NCBI GenBank assembly: GCA_963835575.1
Contig: CAWIGG010000004.1
Span: 480,001 to 544,000, forward strand
DNA length: 64,000 bases
Reading direction: 5' to 3'
Origin: an uncultured Spirochaetota bacterium
GTDB lineage: Bacteria > Spirochaetota > Brevinematia > Brevinematales > JAOACQ01
Shown: positions 20,385-29,812 of the stretch, in pieces
How positions within the stretch are numbered: the stretch's first letter is position 1
Layout of the letters: every line of letters begins with the position of its first letter
Position numbers and translations under genes: made by a program
Notes under the pieces: generated by a model
Databases searched by the model: none
Told to the model about the DNA's origin: nothing
Seen by the model: the letters and a program-made list of their open reading frames with translations, nothing else

Positions 20385-21935
20385 TTACCTGAGCTTTGCT
20401 TCAATATCTTTTATTCTTTTTTCTATATCGTCCAGTTTATCAGGCGGCATTCCTTCAAAATCGAGGTTCAGCTTGAGCAATTCTTCAATAACGCCGATTT
20501 TTTTATCAATCCGGGTAATAGTATCATTGACATCCTCGATTTTTTTACTTTTATTATTTTTCTTTTCGCGGCTCTCCACCTTTTCTTTATAACCGCTGGA
20601 TATATCTTTATAATCCTTTTCCTGTTTTTTTATCAGTTCTTCATAATATTTTTTAAGGGCTACGATTTTTGCTTCATACAGCTTCTGAAGCCTGCCCACG
20701 TCTTTTTTTAACTGGTTGGTATCTTCCCCGTTTTCTTCATTTGTAAATATATAAGAAGGTATAATGATGGAGGCATTTGTTTCCGGATAAGGTTCTTTCA
20801 TCCCTGATTTGTTTTTTCCCTGATTTGAATTTTCAAAAGGGTCGCCGTATTCCGATTTAACGACGGATTTCTCAAGCCCTTTCTGGAGGCTGGAGCCTTC
20901 TTTATTGTTATTGCTGAGATACAGGTCCATTTTATCAAGAAGCGCGGTCAGTTTTTCAAATAATCCCAGCTGGGATTTTAAGGAAACCGTATCGGACCCC
21001 GTTAATGACTGGTTTATTTGGCTTGAGCCGGTAATGGAATTTTTCATGTTGCCGTTATTGGGGTTGATTTCAGTAACCGCTTCGCTGAGCTTGAGATATA
21101 CAGGCTGCAGTCTTGAGGCTGAAAGCACGGTCCCGAAAGAAACTTCTTCACCGCTTTTTATATAAATATTATTAAAATAGATTGCGACAGCCGCGTCGGG
21201 ATTGGCAAACGCGTTGTATTTAAACCTGGCCAGGGGCGACAGTTCGTATTCGAGTTCTTTTTCATCAAACTTTTTCCAGTTGCCGATAATCAGCTTCTCA
21301 GGTTTTATTTCATTAATTGAAGGGTATATAAACAAGCCGCTGCCGAAATCTCTCGCATCTCCGTCATATATCCCTGAAAATATGAATTGAGGCATGTTTT
21401 CTTTATTCAGCAATCTGTCGTATTCTATTTTTTCTTTGCTGGATAAATAAATGGAAGGCCGTTTTTCCGATTCACCGTATACTGTATCGAAAAGTAACCG
21501 GGCCCCGGCAAGGGATTGATTCGGTCCGTCATTTTTTACTTTAATGAGGCAGACTATTGAATTATTATTTTTACCATCCAGGTTTGTGATCAGGAATACC
21601 AGATTCAGCGCCAGAGTATCAATTTTAAAGGCGCATAGAATTTTATTCTCATCTGATTGGAACGGCTTTATAATGGAAACTACGCCGGTTTCATTAAGCT
21701 GATAAGGCTTTCCGTTAACAATAAAGGTAATATAAGATGTTGGCGGAAGGTCTTTAAACAGATATTGCCGGGAAAACCGGGTGGACGGATGCGGGTTTTC
21801 AGCATAAAAAGCGCCGCTCTGGTCGTCAAGGAAAAAAGTTATGTCTTTTCCAACCAGGTTCAGGAACTCAGGATAGATCATATTACTGAAACCGGTTAAA
21901 AATAGAAGAAGAATTGTTTTTATAACTATTTTCAT
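20385..21935 (-). CDS. Exported hypothetical protein, beta-rich N-domain with coiled-coil C-terminus
   Basis: 516-aa ORF in the operon, signal peptide, K/E-rich heptad C-terminus. Confidence 0.7.
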   Translation of the reverse strand: MKIVIKTILLLFLTGFSNMIYPEFLNLVGKDITFFLDDQSGAFYAENPHPSTRFSRQYLFKDLPPTSYITFIVNGKPYQLNETGVVSIIKPFQSDENKILCAFKIDTLALNLVFLITNLDGKNNNSIVCLIKVKNDGPNQSLAGARLLFDTVYGESEKRPSIYLSSKEKIEYDRLLNKENMPQFIFSGIYDGDARDFGSGLFIYPSINEIKPEKLIIGNWKKFDEKELEYELSPLARFKYNAFANPDAAVAIYFNNIYIKSGEEVSFGTVLSASRLQPVYLKLSEAVTEINPNNGNMKNSITGSSQINQSLTGSDTVSLKSQLGLFEKLTALLDKMDLYLSNNNKEGSSLQKGLEKSVVKSEYGDPFENSNQGKNKSGMKEPYPETNASIIIPSYIFTNEENGEDTNQLKKDVGRLQKLYEAKIVALKKYYEELIKKQEKDYKDISSGYKEKVESREKKNNKSKKIEDVNDTITRIDKKIGVIEELLKLNLDFEGMPPDKLDDIEKRIKDIEAKLR

Positions 21936-21944
21936 GATTATCCC

Positions 21945-22919
21945 CTATTGATCAGCCGAATTGGTCTCTGAATTAAGATTATACAGGATTTTGTTTTTTT
22001 CCTTGATGGCTTTTTCCTTTAAATCAAGGAGCCTGGCTTTAAGCTCAATCAGCTCCTTGTACCGTTCAATTTCTTCCTGCTTTTTCCTGTTTTCCTCGGA
22101 CAATTTATTTTTTATCAGAGCATTGGTATCAATTATTGTACTGATTTGCGTGGAACTGACAGTATTGCTGATAAAAAGATAATTTGTATAATAATTGGTT
22201 GTAAAGGTATTTTCCTGAGTTGGAGATATAATAACATTAGTTGAAGATATAACATTGGTTATTTCAATAAAATTGGTGATTTCCCATTGGCCTTCAGTCA
22301 GATCAACAGTATTCAAATTTGTCGGGGTTTTGTTTGGAAGCGCCTGACCGACAAATTCTTTATGTTCCTTTTTCTTATATTTCAGCAGGATTCTTCTGGC
22401 TTCGGGATAATAGGGGCTGCAGGGGTAGTTTGAAACGATGCTTTCAAAAAAAACAAGGGCTTCCGGGATCAGTTTGAGCGCCTCATAGGATTTTCCGCCA
22501 TAATAAAGAGAGGCATGATGAACCGGAGAGTTTTTGTATTGAAACGCGAAATTTTTAAAACTCCAGGCCGCGGATTTCCATTGCTTGAGCCTGTAGTAGT
22601 TTTCGCCTTTTCCGAAAAGGGCCATCCTTTTATCATTCTCATTCCGGGCATTGTTATCAAGTATTGAATAATAAGAGAGGGATTTATCATAGTTTTTTAA
22701 ATAATAATAGCATTTCGCCGTGTAATAGAGCGCTTTATTATAATTTGTCGCGGCGGGATATTCAGTTATAAGATTGGTCAGTTCTTCAACGGCCAAAGCG
22801 TACCTTTTTTGAAGGTATAATTTTTCAGCCAGATTGAACCGCGCCTCATCCAGCGTCAATCCGTAAATTATGGAAAATATAAAAAAGCCCATGAGAAAGT
22901 ATAGATATTTTTTAAACAA
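21945..22919 (-). CDS. Exported TPR protein (BamD/CpoB-like repeats) with Thr/Asn-rich linker
   Basis: LITEYP...KALYY.AKCYY and IVSNYP.SPYYPEAR repeats, AGGAG RBS, TTG start. Confidence 0.75.
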   Translation of the reverse strand: MFKKYLYFLMGFFIFSIIYGLTLDEARFNLAEKLYLQKRYALAVEELTNLITEYPAATNYNKALYYTAKCYYYLKNYDKSLSYYSILDNNARNENDKRMALFGKGENYYRLKQWKSAAWSFKNFAFQYKNSPVHHASLYYGGKSYEALKLIPEALVFFESIVSNYPCSPYYPEARRILLKYKKKEHKEFVGQALPNKTPTNLNTVDLTEGQWEITNFIEITNVISSTNVIISPTQENTFTTNYYTNYLFISNTVSSTQISTIIDTNALIKNKLSEENRKKQEEIERYKELIELKARLLDLKEKAIKEKNKILYNLNSETNSADQ

Positions 22920-23071
22920 GCGGCGCTCCTCTCTTTGAGTTTACCTCAATTTCGCTTTTATTCCGCGCTATATATATTATCTACATTTTTTAAAAAAAAG
23001 TTAATAAATACAGTATAAACAACATTGGTCAAAAAAGCTTATAATACTGCAAAAAAGGCATATTTTATTAT

Positions 23072-23256
23072 AGGGCAATTCCAAAAACCTGTGTTTTTGG
23101 ATCAGCTGCTTTTGTGCTGAGACTTACAGTCCCTCACCATTTTGTGAGATTCACCGGTGCAGCCAGACAAAATGGTGAGGGACTGTGTCTTTTTCCTTAA
23201 CTTAAAGCTTTATATTACCGGGGAAGTTCCAAAAACCTGTGTTTTTGGAACTTCCC
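23072..23256. repeat. REP-like composite palindrome cluster with internal 20-bp hairpin
   Basis: GGGCAATTCCAAAAACCTGTGTTTTTGGA; ACAGTCCCTCACCATTTTGT...ACAAAATGGTGAGGGACTGT (23126-23186); GGGAAGTTCCAAAAAC...GTTTTTGGAACTTCCC (23221-23256). Confidence 0.8.
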
Positions 23257-23338
23257 TTAATTATTTTAAGCATACTTTTGGAAAATATTCATAATATAAT
23301 ATACCATGTTTATAGAAACTTTATAGGGAGGCTTAAAA

Positions 23339-24565
23339 ATGACTGTAAAACCTTTCCGCGGAATACGGCCGGATAAAAAGTATGTCAGTTTATTGAATGT
23401 ACCGCCTTATGATGTTGTGAGTCTTGAAGATGTCAAAAAGGCCGTTCAAGATAATCCCTATTCGTTTTTCCATATTACGCGGGCTGAAGCTGATTTGACG
23501 GATCTGGCCGACGAATACGCGCCTGAAGTTTATCAAAAAGCCAGGGATAGTTTTGAGTCATTTTTAAGTAAAAAAATATTGATTAAAGACGAAAAGCCGT
23601 CTTTTTATATTCTTTCCCAGACATGGAAGGGAAGGACCCAGATAGGCCTTTATACTTCGGTTTCATGTCAGGAATATGAGAATAATCAGATTATAAAACA
23701 TGAGCTGACCCGTAAAGATAAAGAACAGGACAGGACTAAACATATAGAGACTGTCAAAGCGGACACAGGCCCTGTTTTTTTGTTCTTTGAGGATAATGGA
23801 GAATTTATTAATTTAATCAAACCTTTGCTGGAAAAAAACCCGTTTTATAATCTCATAGACGAAAACGAAGTGGAGAATAAACTCTGGCTCATTCAGGAAA
23901 ATCATGATATCAGCGCTTTAGAGGAATATTTTCAGAAGAAGAACGCGTTTTATATTGCTGACGGGCATCACCGCGCGGCCTCGGCGGTCAATGTGTGGAA
24001 GAATTTAAAAAATAATGGTGTTAATGATAATGACGCGTATCAATATTTTATGGCCGTTGTTTTTCCCGCTTCGCAGCTGAAAATTCTACCGTATAACAGA
24101 GCCGTGCTGGATTTGAACGGGCTTTCCGTTGATCAATTCGTATCAAAGCTCAAAGAAAATTTCAGCGTCCGCCCTGCTTCTTCATTAAAGACTGAAAAAA
24201 AGGGCGTTATCGGTATGTATATCAAAAAATCATTTTATCAATTGACATTGAAAAAGGATCTGATTCCCTTTGATCCTCTGGAGTCGCTGGATGTCTCGGT
24301 CCTTCAAAAAAATGTGCTTTCCCAAATTCTCGGGATTGATGACCCTAGGACTTCAAAAAGAATACAATTTGTCGGCGGCATTAAAGGCGAGGATGAATTG
24401 GTCCGGATTGTGAACAGCAGGAAAGCTAAAGCGGCCTTTTCCCTTTTCCCGGTTGATATCAATGACGTGGTTAAAATCACGCAGAATCATCAGATTATGC
24501 CGCCGAAGTCCACATGGTTCGAACCGAAGCTCCGCGACGGCCTAGTGGTTTATTCAATTGAATGA
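23339..24565 (+). CDS. DUF1015 family protein
   Basis: VKPFRGIRP, PPYDV, IKHELT..KEQDR, YIADGHHR.ASA, MPPKSTWFEPKLRDGL. Confidence 0.92.
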   Translation: MTVKPFRGIRPDKKYVSLLNVPPYDVVSLEDVKKAVQDNPYSFFHITRAEADLTDLADEYAPEVYQKARDSFESFLSKKILIKDEKPSFYILSQTWKGRTQIGLYTSVSCQEYENNQIIKHELTRKDKEQDRTKHIETVKADTGPVFLFFEDNGEFINLIKPLLEKNPFYNLIDENEVENKLWLIQENHDISALEEYFQKKNAFYIADGHHRAASAVNVWKNLKNNGVNDNDAYQYFMAVVFPASQLKILPYNRAVLDLNGLSVDQFVSKLKENFSVRPASSLKTEKKGVIGMYIKKSFYQLTLKKDLIPFDPLESLDVSVLQKNVLSQILGIDDPRTSKRIQFVGGIKGEDELVRIVNSRKAKAAFSLFPVDINDVVKITQNHQIMPPKSTWFEPKLRDGLVVYSIE

Positions 24566-24574
24566 AAGATCAAG

Positions 24575-24639
24575 GCCTCACCCCGCCTCGCAAAGCTCGG
24601 CACCCCTCTCCAAATTTGGAGAGGGGACGGGGGAGAGGC
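24575..24639. repeat. GC-rich palindromic REP-like element between convergent genes (possible bidirectional terminator or stabiliser)
   Basis: Perfect 24-bp palindrome CCCCTCTCCAAATTTGGAGAGGGG (24603-24626) nested in an outer GCCTC...GAGGC stem. Confidence 0.65.
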
Positions 24640-24652
24640 ACCGCCTTCTATT

Positions 24653-26446
24653 TTATTCAGAAAGTCTTTTTTCCAGCGCTTTCAATTCTTCGCTCAATTC
24701 CTCCGGAAGTCTGTCCCCGAAGCGTGAAAAATGCTCCTTGATGCCGGGGATTTCATTCATCCATTCTTCCTTATTGACCGAAAGCAGGGTTTCAAGGTCC
24801 TGTTCCAGTATTTTTAATCCGGTTAAGTCCAGAGCGTCTTCAGAAGGGACATAACCGATGGCTGTCTTTTCGGCTTTTCCCCTGCCGGAAATCCTTTCCA
24901 CAACCCATTTGAGGACGCGGCTGTTTTCGCCGTAACCGGGCCAGAGCCATTTCCCGTCTTTATTTTTTCTAAACCAGTTCACTGTAAATATTTTGGGAAG
25001 CTTGCCGGCGGACGATTTCTTTCCCGTTTCGATCCAGTGCTTGAAATAATCTCCCATATGATAGCCGCAGAACGGCAGCATGGCGAAAGGGTCTCTCCTG
25101 AGCTGGCCGACAGCGCCGGCCGCCGCCGCTGTTGTTTCGCTGCCCATGATGGAGCCCAGGAATACGCCATGGTTCCAGCTGAAAGATTCATGGATAAGGG
25201 GTACTACAGATGAGCGCCTGCCGCCGAAAAGAAAAGCCGAGATAGGAACGCCCTTGGGGTTTTCCCACTGCGGATCGATGACGGGGCATTGCGACGCGGG
25301 AGCGGTAAACCGCGCGTTCGGATGGGCCGCTTTTTTATCGCTTGACGGCGACCATTCATTTCCGTTCCAGTCGATCAGACTGGAAGGTTTTTCATCCGTC
25401 ATTTCCTCCCACCAGACGTCGCCGTCCGGAGTGAGGGCTGTATTTGTAAATATTGAATTTTTGGTCATAGTCAGCATAGCATTCGGATTGGATTTCATGG
25501 ATGTGCCGGGGGCGACGCCGAAAAATCCCGCTTCCGGATTGATCGCGTACAAGCGGCCGTCCTGGCCGAATTTCATCCAGGCGATGTCGTCGCCGACGCA
25601 CTCCACTTTCCAGCCGGGAATAGTCGGTATCATCATCGCCAGATTGGTCTTGCCGCATGCACTGGGGAAAGCCGCGGCGATATATTTCTTTTCACCGTGA
25701 GGCGGTGTAATTCCAAGAATGAGCATATGCTCGGCAAGCCATCCGCCCTGCTTTGCCATAACCGAGGCGATCCTGAGGGCAAAGCATTTTTTACCCAGGA
25801 GAGCGTTGCCGCCGTATCCCGAGCCGTAGGACCAGATCGCTTTTTCCTCAGGGAAATGAACAATGTATTTATTATTCGGGTCGCAGGGCCACGGGACGTC
25901 TTTTTCGCCGGGCTTCAGCGGCATTCCGATGGAATGAAGGCAGGGCACGAATTCGCCGTCTCCAAGTACATCAAGGACCTTTGTCCCGGTCCTTGTCATA
26001 ATCCGCATATTGCAGACGACATAAGCGGAATCGGTGATCTCAATGCCGATATGCGATATCGGCGAGCCGACCGGGCCCATGCTGTAAGGGATGACATACA
26101 TCATCCTTCCCTTCATACAGCCTCTATAAAGATTTTTCATGATCTCTTTCATTTCCGCCGGGTCTTTCCAGTTGTTTGTCGGGCCGGCGTCAGCCTGATT
26201 TTTAGAGCAGATGAACGTCCTGTCCTCGACGCGGGCGACATCGCCGACATCCGACTTCGCGTAATAGCTGTCCGGCCTTTTTTTCCCGTTTAACTTTATA
26301 AAAGTACCGCTCTTAACCAGTTCTCCGGCAAGTTTGTCATATTCCTTCCGGGACCCGTCGCACCAGTGAATTTTATCCGGCTGGCAGAGACCGGCGATCT
26401 CTTTGACCCATTGCAGCAGTTTTTTGTTTTTTGTAGGATTAGACAT
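24653..26446 (-). CDS. pckG: Phosphoenolpyruvate carboxykinase (GTP)
   Basis: [54 protein letters not shown]. Confidence 0.97.
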   Translation of the reverse strand: MSNPTKNKKLLQWVKEIAGLCQPDKIHWCDGSRKEYDKLAGELVKSGTFIKLNGKKRPDSYYAKSDVGDVARVEDRTFICSKNQADAGPTNNWKDPAEMKEIMKNLYRGCMKGRMMYVIPYSMGPVGSPISHIGIEITDSAYVVCNMRIMTRTGTKVLDVLGDGEFVPCLHSIGMPLKPGEKDVPWPCDPNNKYIVHFPEEKAIWSYGSGYGGNALLGKKCFALRIASVMAKQGGWLAEHMLILGITPPHGEKKYIAAAFPSACGKTNLAMMIPTIPGWKVECVGDDIAWMKFGQDGRLYAINPEAGFFGVAPGTSMKSNPNAMLTMTKNSIFTNTALTPDGDVWWEEMTDEKPSSLIDWNGNEWSPSSDKKAAHPNARFTAPASQCPVIDPQWENPKGVPISAFLFGGRRSSVVPLIHESFSWNHGVFLGSIMGSETTAAAAGAVGQLRRDPFAMLPFCGYHMGDYFKHWIETGKKSSAGKLPKIFTVNWFRKNKDGKWLWPGYGENSRVLKWVVERISGRGKAEKTAIGYVPSEDALDLTGLKILEQDLETLLSVNKEEWMNEIPGIKEHFSRFGDRLPEELSEELKALEKRLSE

Positions 26447-26555
26447 TTTCTTCTCCTTAATTATTAATCTTCCTGTAAAAAATTAAGCCCGCCTGATTTT
26501 GAAGCCATGGATTATAACATCAATTTTCAGGGTTGGCAATAATAGAATATTTTTT

Positions 26556-27878
26556 TTAAAAATTAAATTCAAGGTTCCCGAGTCTGACAGACGCCGAGAT
26601 TTCAACCGGACTGCCGGGACCGCCCTCATATATATATTCATGGCCTTTAAGCTTGAATTCATCGGGCAGCGTAATATTCGCGAGGGAGGAATCCATCCTG
26701 ATTATGATGCGGGCATTTCTCGGAAGACTGATCCGCGTATTGCCCAGATAGTTTTCGACGGTCATTTTTTTTAATTTATCGCCGGTTTCAATATTGACCG
26801 ATCCGCCGTTAACAATGACTTTTAGTTTCTCAATATTCATGTTTTTAAGGTTGCCTTCTATATTTCCCGCCGAAGCCTGAATGATGAGGTCCTTCAATTT
26901 ACCGCGGTTAATTCTTAAAACAGTATCGGAAGCCTGATTATCGAAGGAAAAAGAAAATAACCCGCTGACGGTATTTGTCTGGATAATCGGCGGGATCCCG
27001 GTCCCCTCATATTGTATAAAGTCACCGGAGTCTTCTATTTTTAAATTGCCTAAAGAATTATCAATCGTGCAGTTAATAGATTGCACGGAATCCGGCGCGG
27101 CGATATTTTCAGAAAAGCTTTCATTGCGGAAACGCCAGTTTTTCCAGTTAAAATGCCGGAAGCGGGGCATCACCCGGTCCATCATTCTGCCCATAAAGCT
27201 GACCGGCGAATAATTGCCGTTTAAGTATGAAAACACACCGACAAAAAGAAATATAGAGGAGCAGATAATAAGGGCCGGCCATTTATTTTTAATGTTTTTA
27301 AAGACCAGCGAAATACCGAGGACGATCAGGACCCCGGCGACGAGATTTTTTGAATATTCGATAAACACTCCTTCCCCGATCAGCGTCAGCCGGTTTAAAA
27401 TAATAAAGACGCCGTAGCTTAAACAGATAAATCCGGCGCTTGCCTGGAACAGCGATATTTCTTTATCAGCATACATATTTATTGTCAGTCTGACGGCGAT
27501 GAAGATCAGGAAGAACGCGATCAGAAAAGCGAGCACATCCATTAAATGAAATACATAACCTGGAAATAGAATAACGAAGCCCAGGAATATCAGGAACAGG
27601 GCCAGTATCAATGATAAAACAAAGGATGGAGCGCCTTTTTTGTCTTTTGGCGGGGTTTCAGTATTCTCCTTAATTACAGCCGTATCAGCAGGAAGTATGA
27701 TCCAGAGAATGATATAAATAACGGGAAGGAAGGGGATTGTAAAAGGGAAAAACGGGAAAAAAGCCAGTACAAGAAAGATCCTGATGATGACGGGATCGAT
27801 GTTGAAATACTCGCCCAGCCCTCCGCACACCCCGCCCAGCGCCTTGTTTTTTGTCGACCGGTATAATTTCTTTTCCAT
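26556..27878 (-). CDS. PspC-domain envelope-stress protein with TM region and LiaF/adhesin-like beta C-terminus
   Basis: KKLYRSTKNKALGGVCGGLGEYFNIDPVIIR...YIILWIILP is PspC; several TMs; repeating xGN/xGS beta units. Confidence 0.8.
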   Translation of the reverse strand: MEKKLYRSTKNKALGGVCGGLGEYFNIDPVIIRIFLVLAFFPFFPFTIPFLPVIYIILWIILPADTAVIKENTETPPKDKKGAPSFVLSLILALFLIFLGFVILFPGYVFHLMDVLAFLIAFFLIFIAVRLTINMYADKEISLFQASAGFICLSYGVFIILNRLTLIGEGVFIEYSKNLVAGVLIVLGISLVFKNIKNKWPALIICSSIFLFVGVFSYLNGNYSPVSFMGRMMDRVMPRFRHFNWKNWRFRNESFSENIAAPDSVQSINCTIDNSLGNLKIEDSGDFIQYEGTGIPPIIQTNTVSGLFSFSFDNQASDTVLRINRGKLKDLIIQASAGNIEGNLKNMNIEKLKVIVNGGSVNIETGDKLKKMTVENYLGNTRISLPRNARIIIRMDSSLANITLPDEFKLKGHEYIYEGGPGSPVEISASVRLGNLEFNF

Positions 27879-27944
27879 AGATAATTCCCCCTACCTTTTT
27901 TATAATATCCGATTCAGCACAGGATGTGAAAAGCTAGAAATTTC

Positions 27945-28076
27945 ACCACGAAGACCACGAAGAGCACGAAGAAAATAAAGGGTCGGTCAGAATTCGTTAT
28001 TAATTGTCCATTTTTAAACTAACATAAACGAAAGTAAAAATTAATAAAACTTCGTGTTCTTCGCGAACTTCGTGGT
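27945..28076. repeat. Inverted cassette with 3x9-nt arms (CACGAAG type)
   Basis: Left ACCACGAAG-ACCACGAAG-AGCACGAAG (27945-27971); right CTTCGTGTT-CTTCGCGAA-CTTCGTGGT (28050-28076). Confidence 0.8.
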
Positions 28077-28167
28077 TAATAAAAAAGTTTTTACAAAGTC
28101 TGCAAGCTCGCTACAAGTCGCAAGTTTGCGTGAAACATCGGATCAATAACAAATCTTTTTTATTTAA

Positions 28168-28449
28168 TTAAACCGCGGGCGCTTCCATGATCAATTTTAT
28201 CTTTTCCGAGACTTCATGGCCGCCGGGTGTGCATTTATTAGTGGGCTTATGTTCCATAACTATAGCTGTCGCGTAATTAATACAGCCGGGGTAGCCGCAG
28301 ATGCCGCAGTTGTAGGCCGGCAGGACTTCCTGGACCCGCGCGACCCGCGGGTCTGTTTTGACCTCGAAAAACTTCGCGAAAAGGGCGATCATGATGCCGA
28401 AGAGGAGGCTCATGGCGAGCATAAGGGCGGCGGAATAAAGGACAACCAT
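28168..28449 (-). CDS. RnfB-like N-terminal Fe-S domain protein (short, stand-alone)
   Basis: TM anchor then DPRV..V.EVLP.YNCGICGYPGC..YA......KCTPGG. No downstream ferredoxin domains. Confidence 0.75.
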   Translation of the reverse strand: MVVLYSAALMLAMSLLFGIMIALFAKFFEVKTDPRVARVQEVLPAYNCGICGYPGCINYATAIVMEHKPTNKCTPGGHEVSEKIKLIMEAPAV

Positions 28450-28547
28450 TTTTTTCTCCAGATATATCTTGGGATAATTTTAAACAGAGGGGATTATTTA
28501 TTCAAATTTTGGAAATGAATGGGATTTGCCTTTGTTGTATGGACCCG

Positions 28548-28594
28548 ATTCTGCACGCGGATGACACGGATTGGGCGGATTTTCGCGGATTAGC
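28548..28594. repeat. Left arm of 47-bp inverted repeat bounding the AT-rich island
   Basis: ATTCTGCACGCGGATGACACGGATTGGGCGGATTTTCGCGGATTAGC; 43/47 identical to the reverse complement of 37774-37820. Confidence 0.88.
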
Positions 28595-28666
28595 GGTTGA
28601 GGGAGCATATTTTTAAATTATTTATATTTATATGAATAACAGCATTTGAAAAATTTAAAGTTATTA

Positions 28667-29812
28667 TCACTTACGAAGTTTTTCGGCTTCTTTCTGAATT
28701 TTTATTAGTTTTTCTTTTTCCTTTTCTGTCAAATGTGAAGGAAAGTAGTTTAAAAGCTCTTTTGTTAAATCACTCAGAAAAACAATTTCAGAATTTTTAT
28801 TATTTGGTTTCTTAAGTAATTTAAGAAGTAATTCTATTAATAATATTTTAGCATATATAAATTCAGGATATTTGACTAGTATTTTTTTAAGTTTTTCAAT
28901 AGCCAATGTTAAATCATTATTTGAATCGTATTCGATTGCCTGTATAAATTCAACTATTGGATCATCTATTTCAAGATATCTAAACAATTCTTTCTTAAAT
29001 TCAGCTTCATGAAACTCTTTATTTGAGATGCCTTTTGATTGTTTAAAAAGTTGGTATAAGAAAGACAAATGATATGATTTAAACCAGTATTCATTTATTA
29101 TATTATAGTTGCTAAGATGATTTTTATCTGTAATAAATTTTATCCATTCTTCATTTAGAAGTTCACGTATTGGTTCCTCATCAATAAAAGCACTCTTGAC
29201 TTCATATACTTCAATAGCTTTTTCTAAGCCTTTTAATTCTTGCCTACTTTTTTCAAAAATAATGGGTTTTTGAGCGAGAAGTATTTCGTAAATTACACTC
29301 GAAACGAATATATTTGAATATTTCCCCTCTCTTGAACAAGTCTCTATTCTTTTAGCATAATTAATATTATAGCCTATATATTTATCTATCTCAGATATTA
29401 TTTTCCCTCCTTTTTCTTTTGGTTTGTATGTATATGTTACAATGCCATAGTGAATACCAACTGCTAATCGAAGGCCGTATGGCATAAGATTATCTTGAGT
29501 TTTATTTAAGATTTTATAAGGAAGAAATTTTATCAATGTTTTAAACTCAAAAGCAAATGAAATTGCTTTATAAGCCGCAGTTTTGGAGTCAAATACCCAT
29601 TTGGGAATGAAAACAAAACCTTCATCACCTGCGGTTCTAATAAAACTTTCTGATCCAAAATATTTTGTTGCTAATTTTTCAAAACTATCCTGAAACGATA
29701 ATATCCATTTTGCATACTCCGTTGGTTCAATGAAAGAACTAAAAGAAGATGAATTTATCAAATCAACAAATATCATGCATGCTTCTGTTATTTGTATTGG
29801 ATTATCATGCAT
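28667..29812 (-). CDS. Class III nucleotide (adenylate/guanylate-type) cyclase with helical TPR-like C-terminus
   Basis: IFVDLINSS (metal Asp1), RTAGDE (Asp2), AVGIHYG, IGYNINYAKRIE (Asn/Arg), ELKG. Confidence 0.85.
   Translation of the reverse strand: MHDNPIQITEACMIFVDLINSSSFSSFIEPTEYAKWILSFQDSFEKLATKYFGSESFIRTAGDEGFVFIPKWVFDSKTAAYKAISFAFEFKTLIKFLPYKILNKTQDNLMPYGLRLAVGIHYGIVTYTYKPKEKGGKIISEIDKYIGYNINYAKRIETCSREGKYSNIFVSSVIYEILLAQKPIIFEKSRQELKGLEKAIEVYEVKSAFIDEEPIRELLNEEWIKFITDKNHLSNYNIINEYWFKSYHLSFLYQLFKQSKGISNKEFHEAEFKKELFRYLEIDDPIVEFIQAIEYDSNNDLTLAIEKLKKILVKYPEFIYAKILLIELLLKLLKKPNNKNSEIVFLSDLTKELLNYFPSHLTEKEKEKLIKIQKEAEKLRK

Noticed and set aside
24558..24854. 98-aa + strand ORF after the DUF1015 gene
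   Set aside because: It reads through a palindromic repeat and antisense to pckG, with no protein-like features.
28667..29812. Calling the locus Pycsar or CBASS
   Set aside because: No cNMP-binding TM or TIR effector, no CD-NTase and no Cap genes are adjacent; only the cyclase fold is shared.
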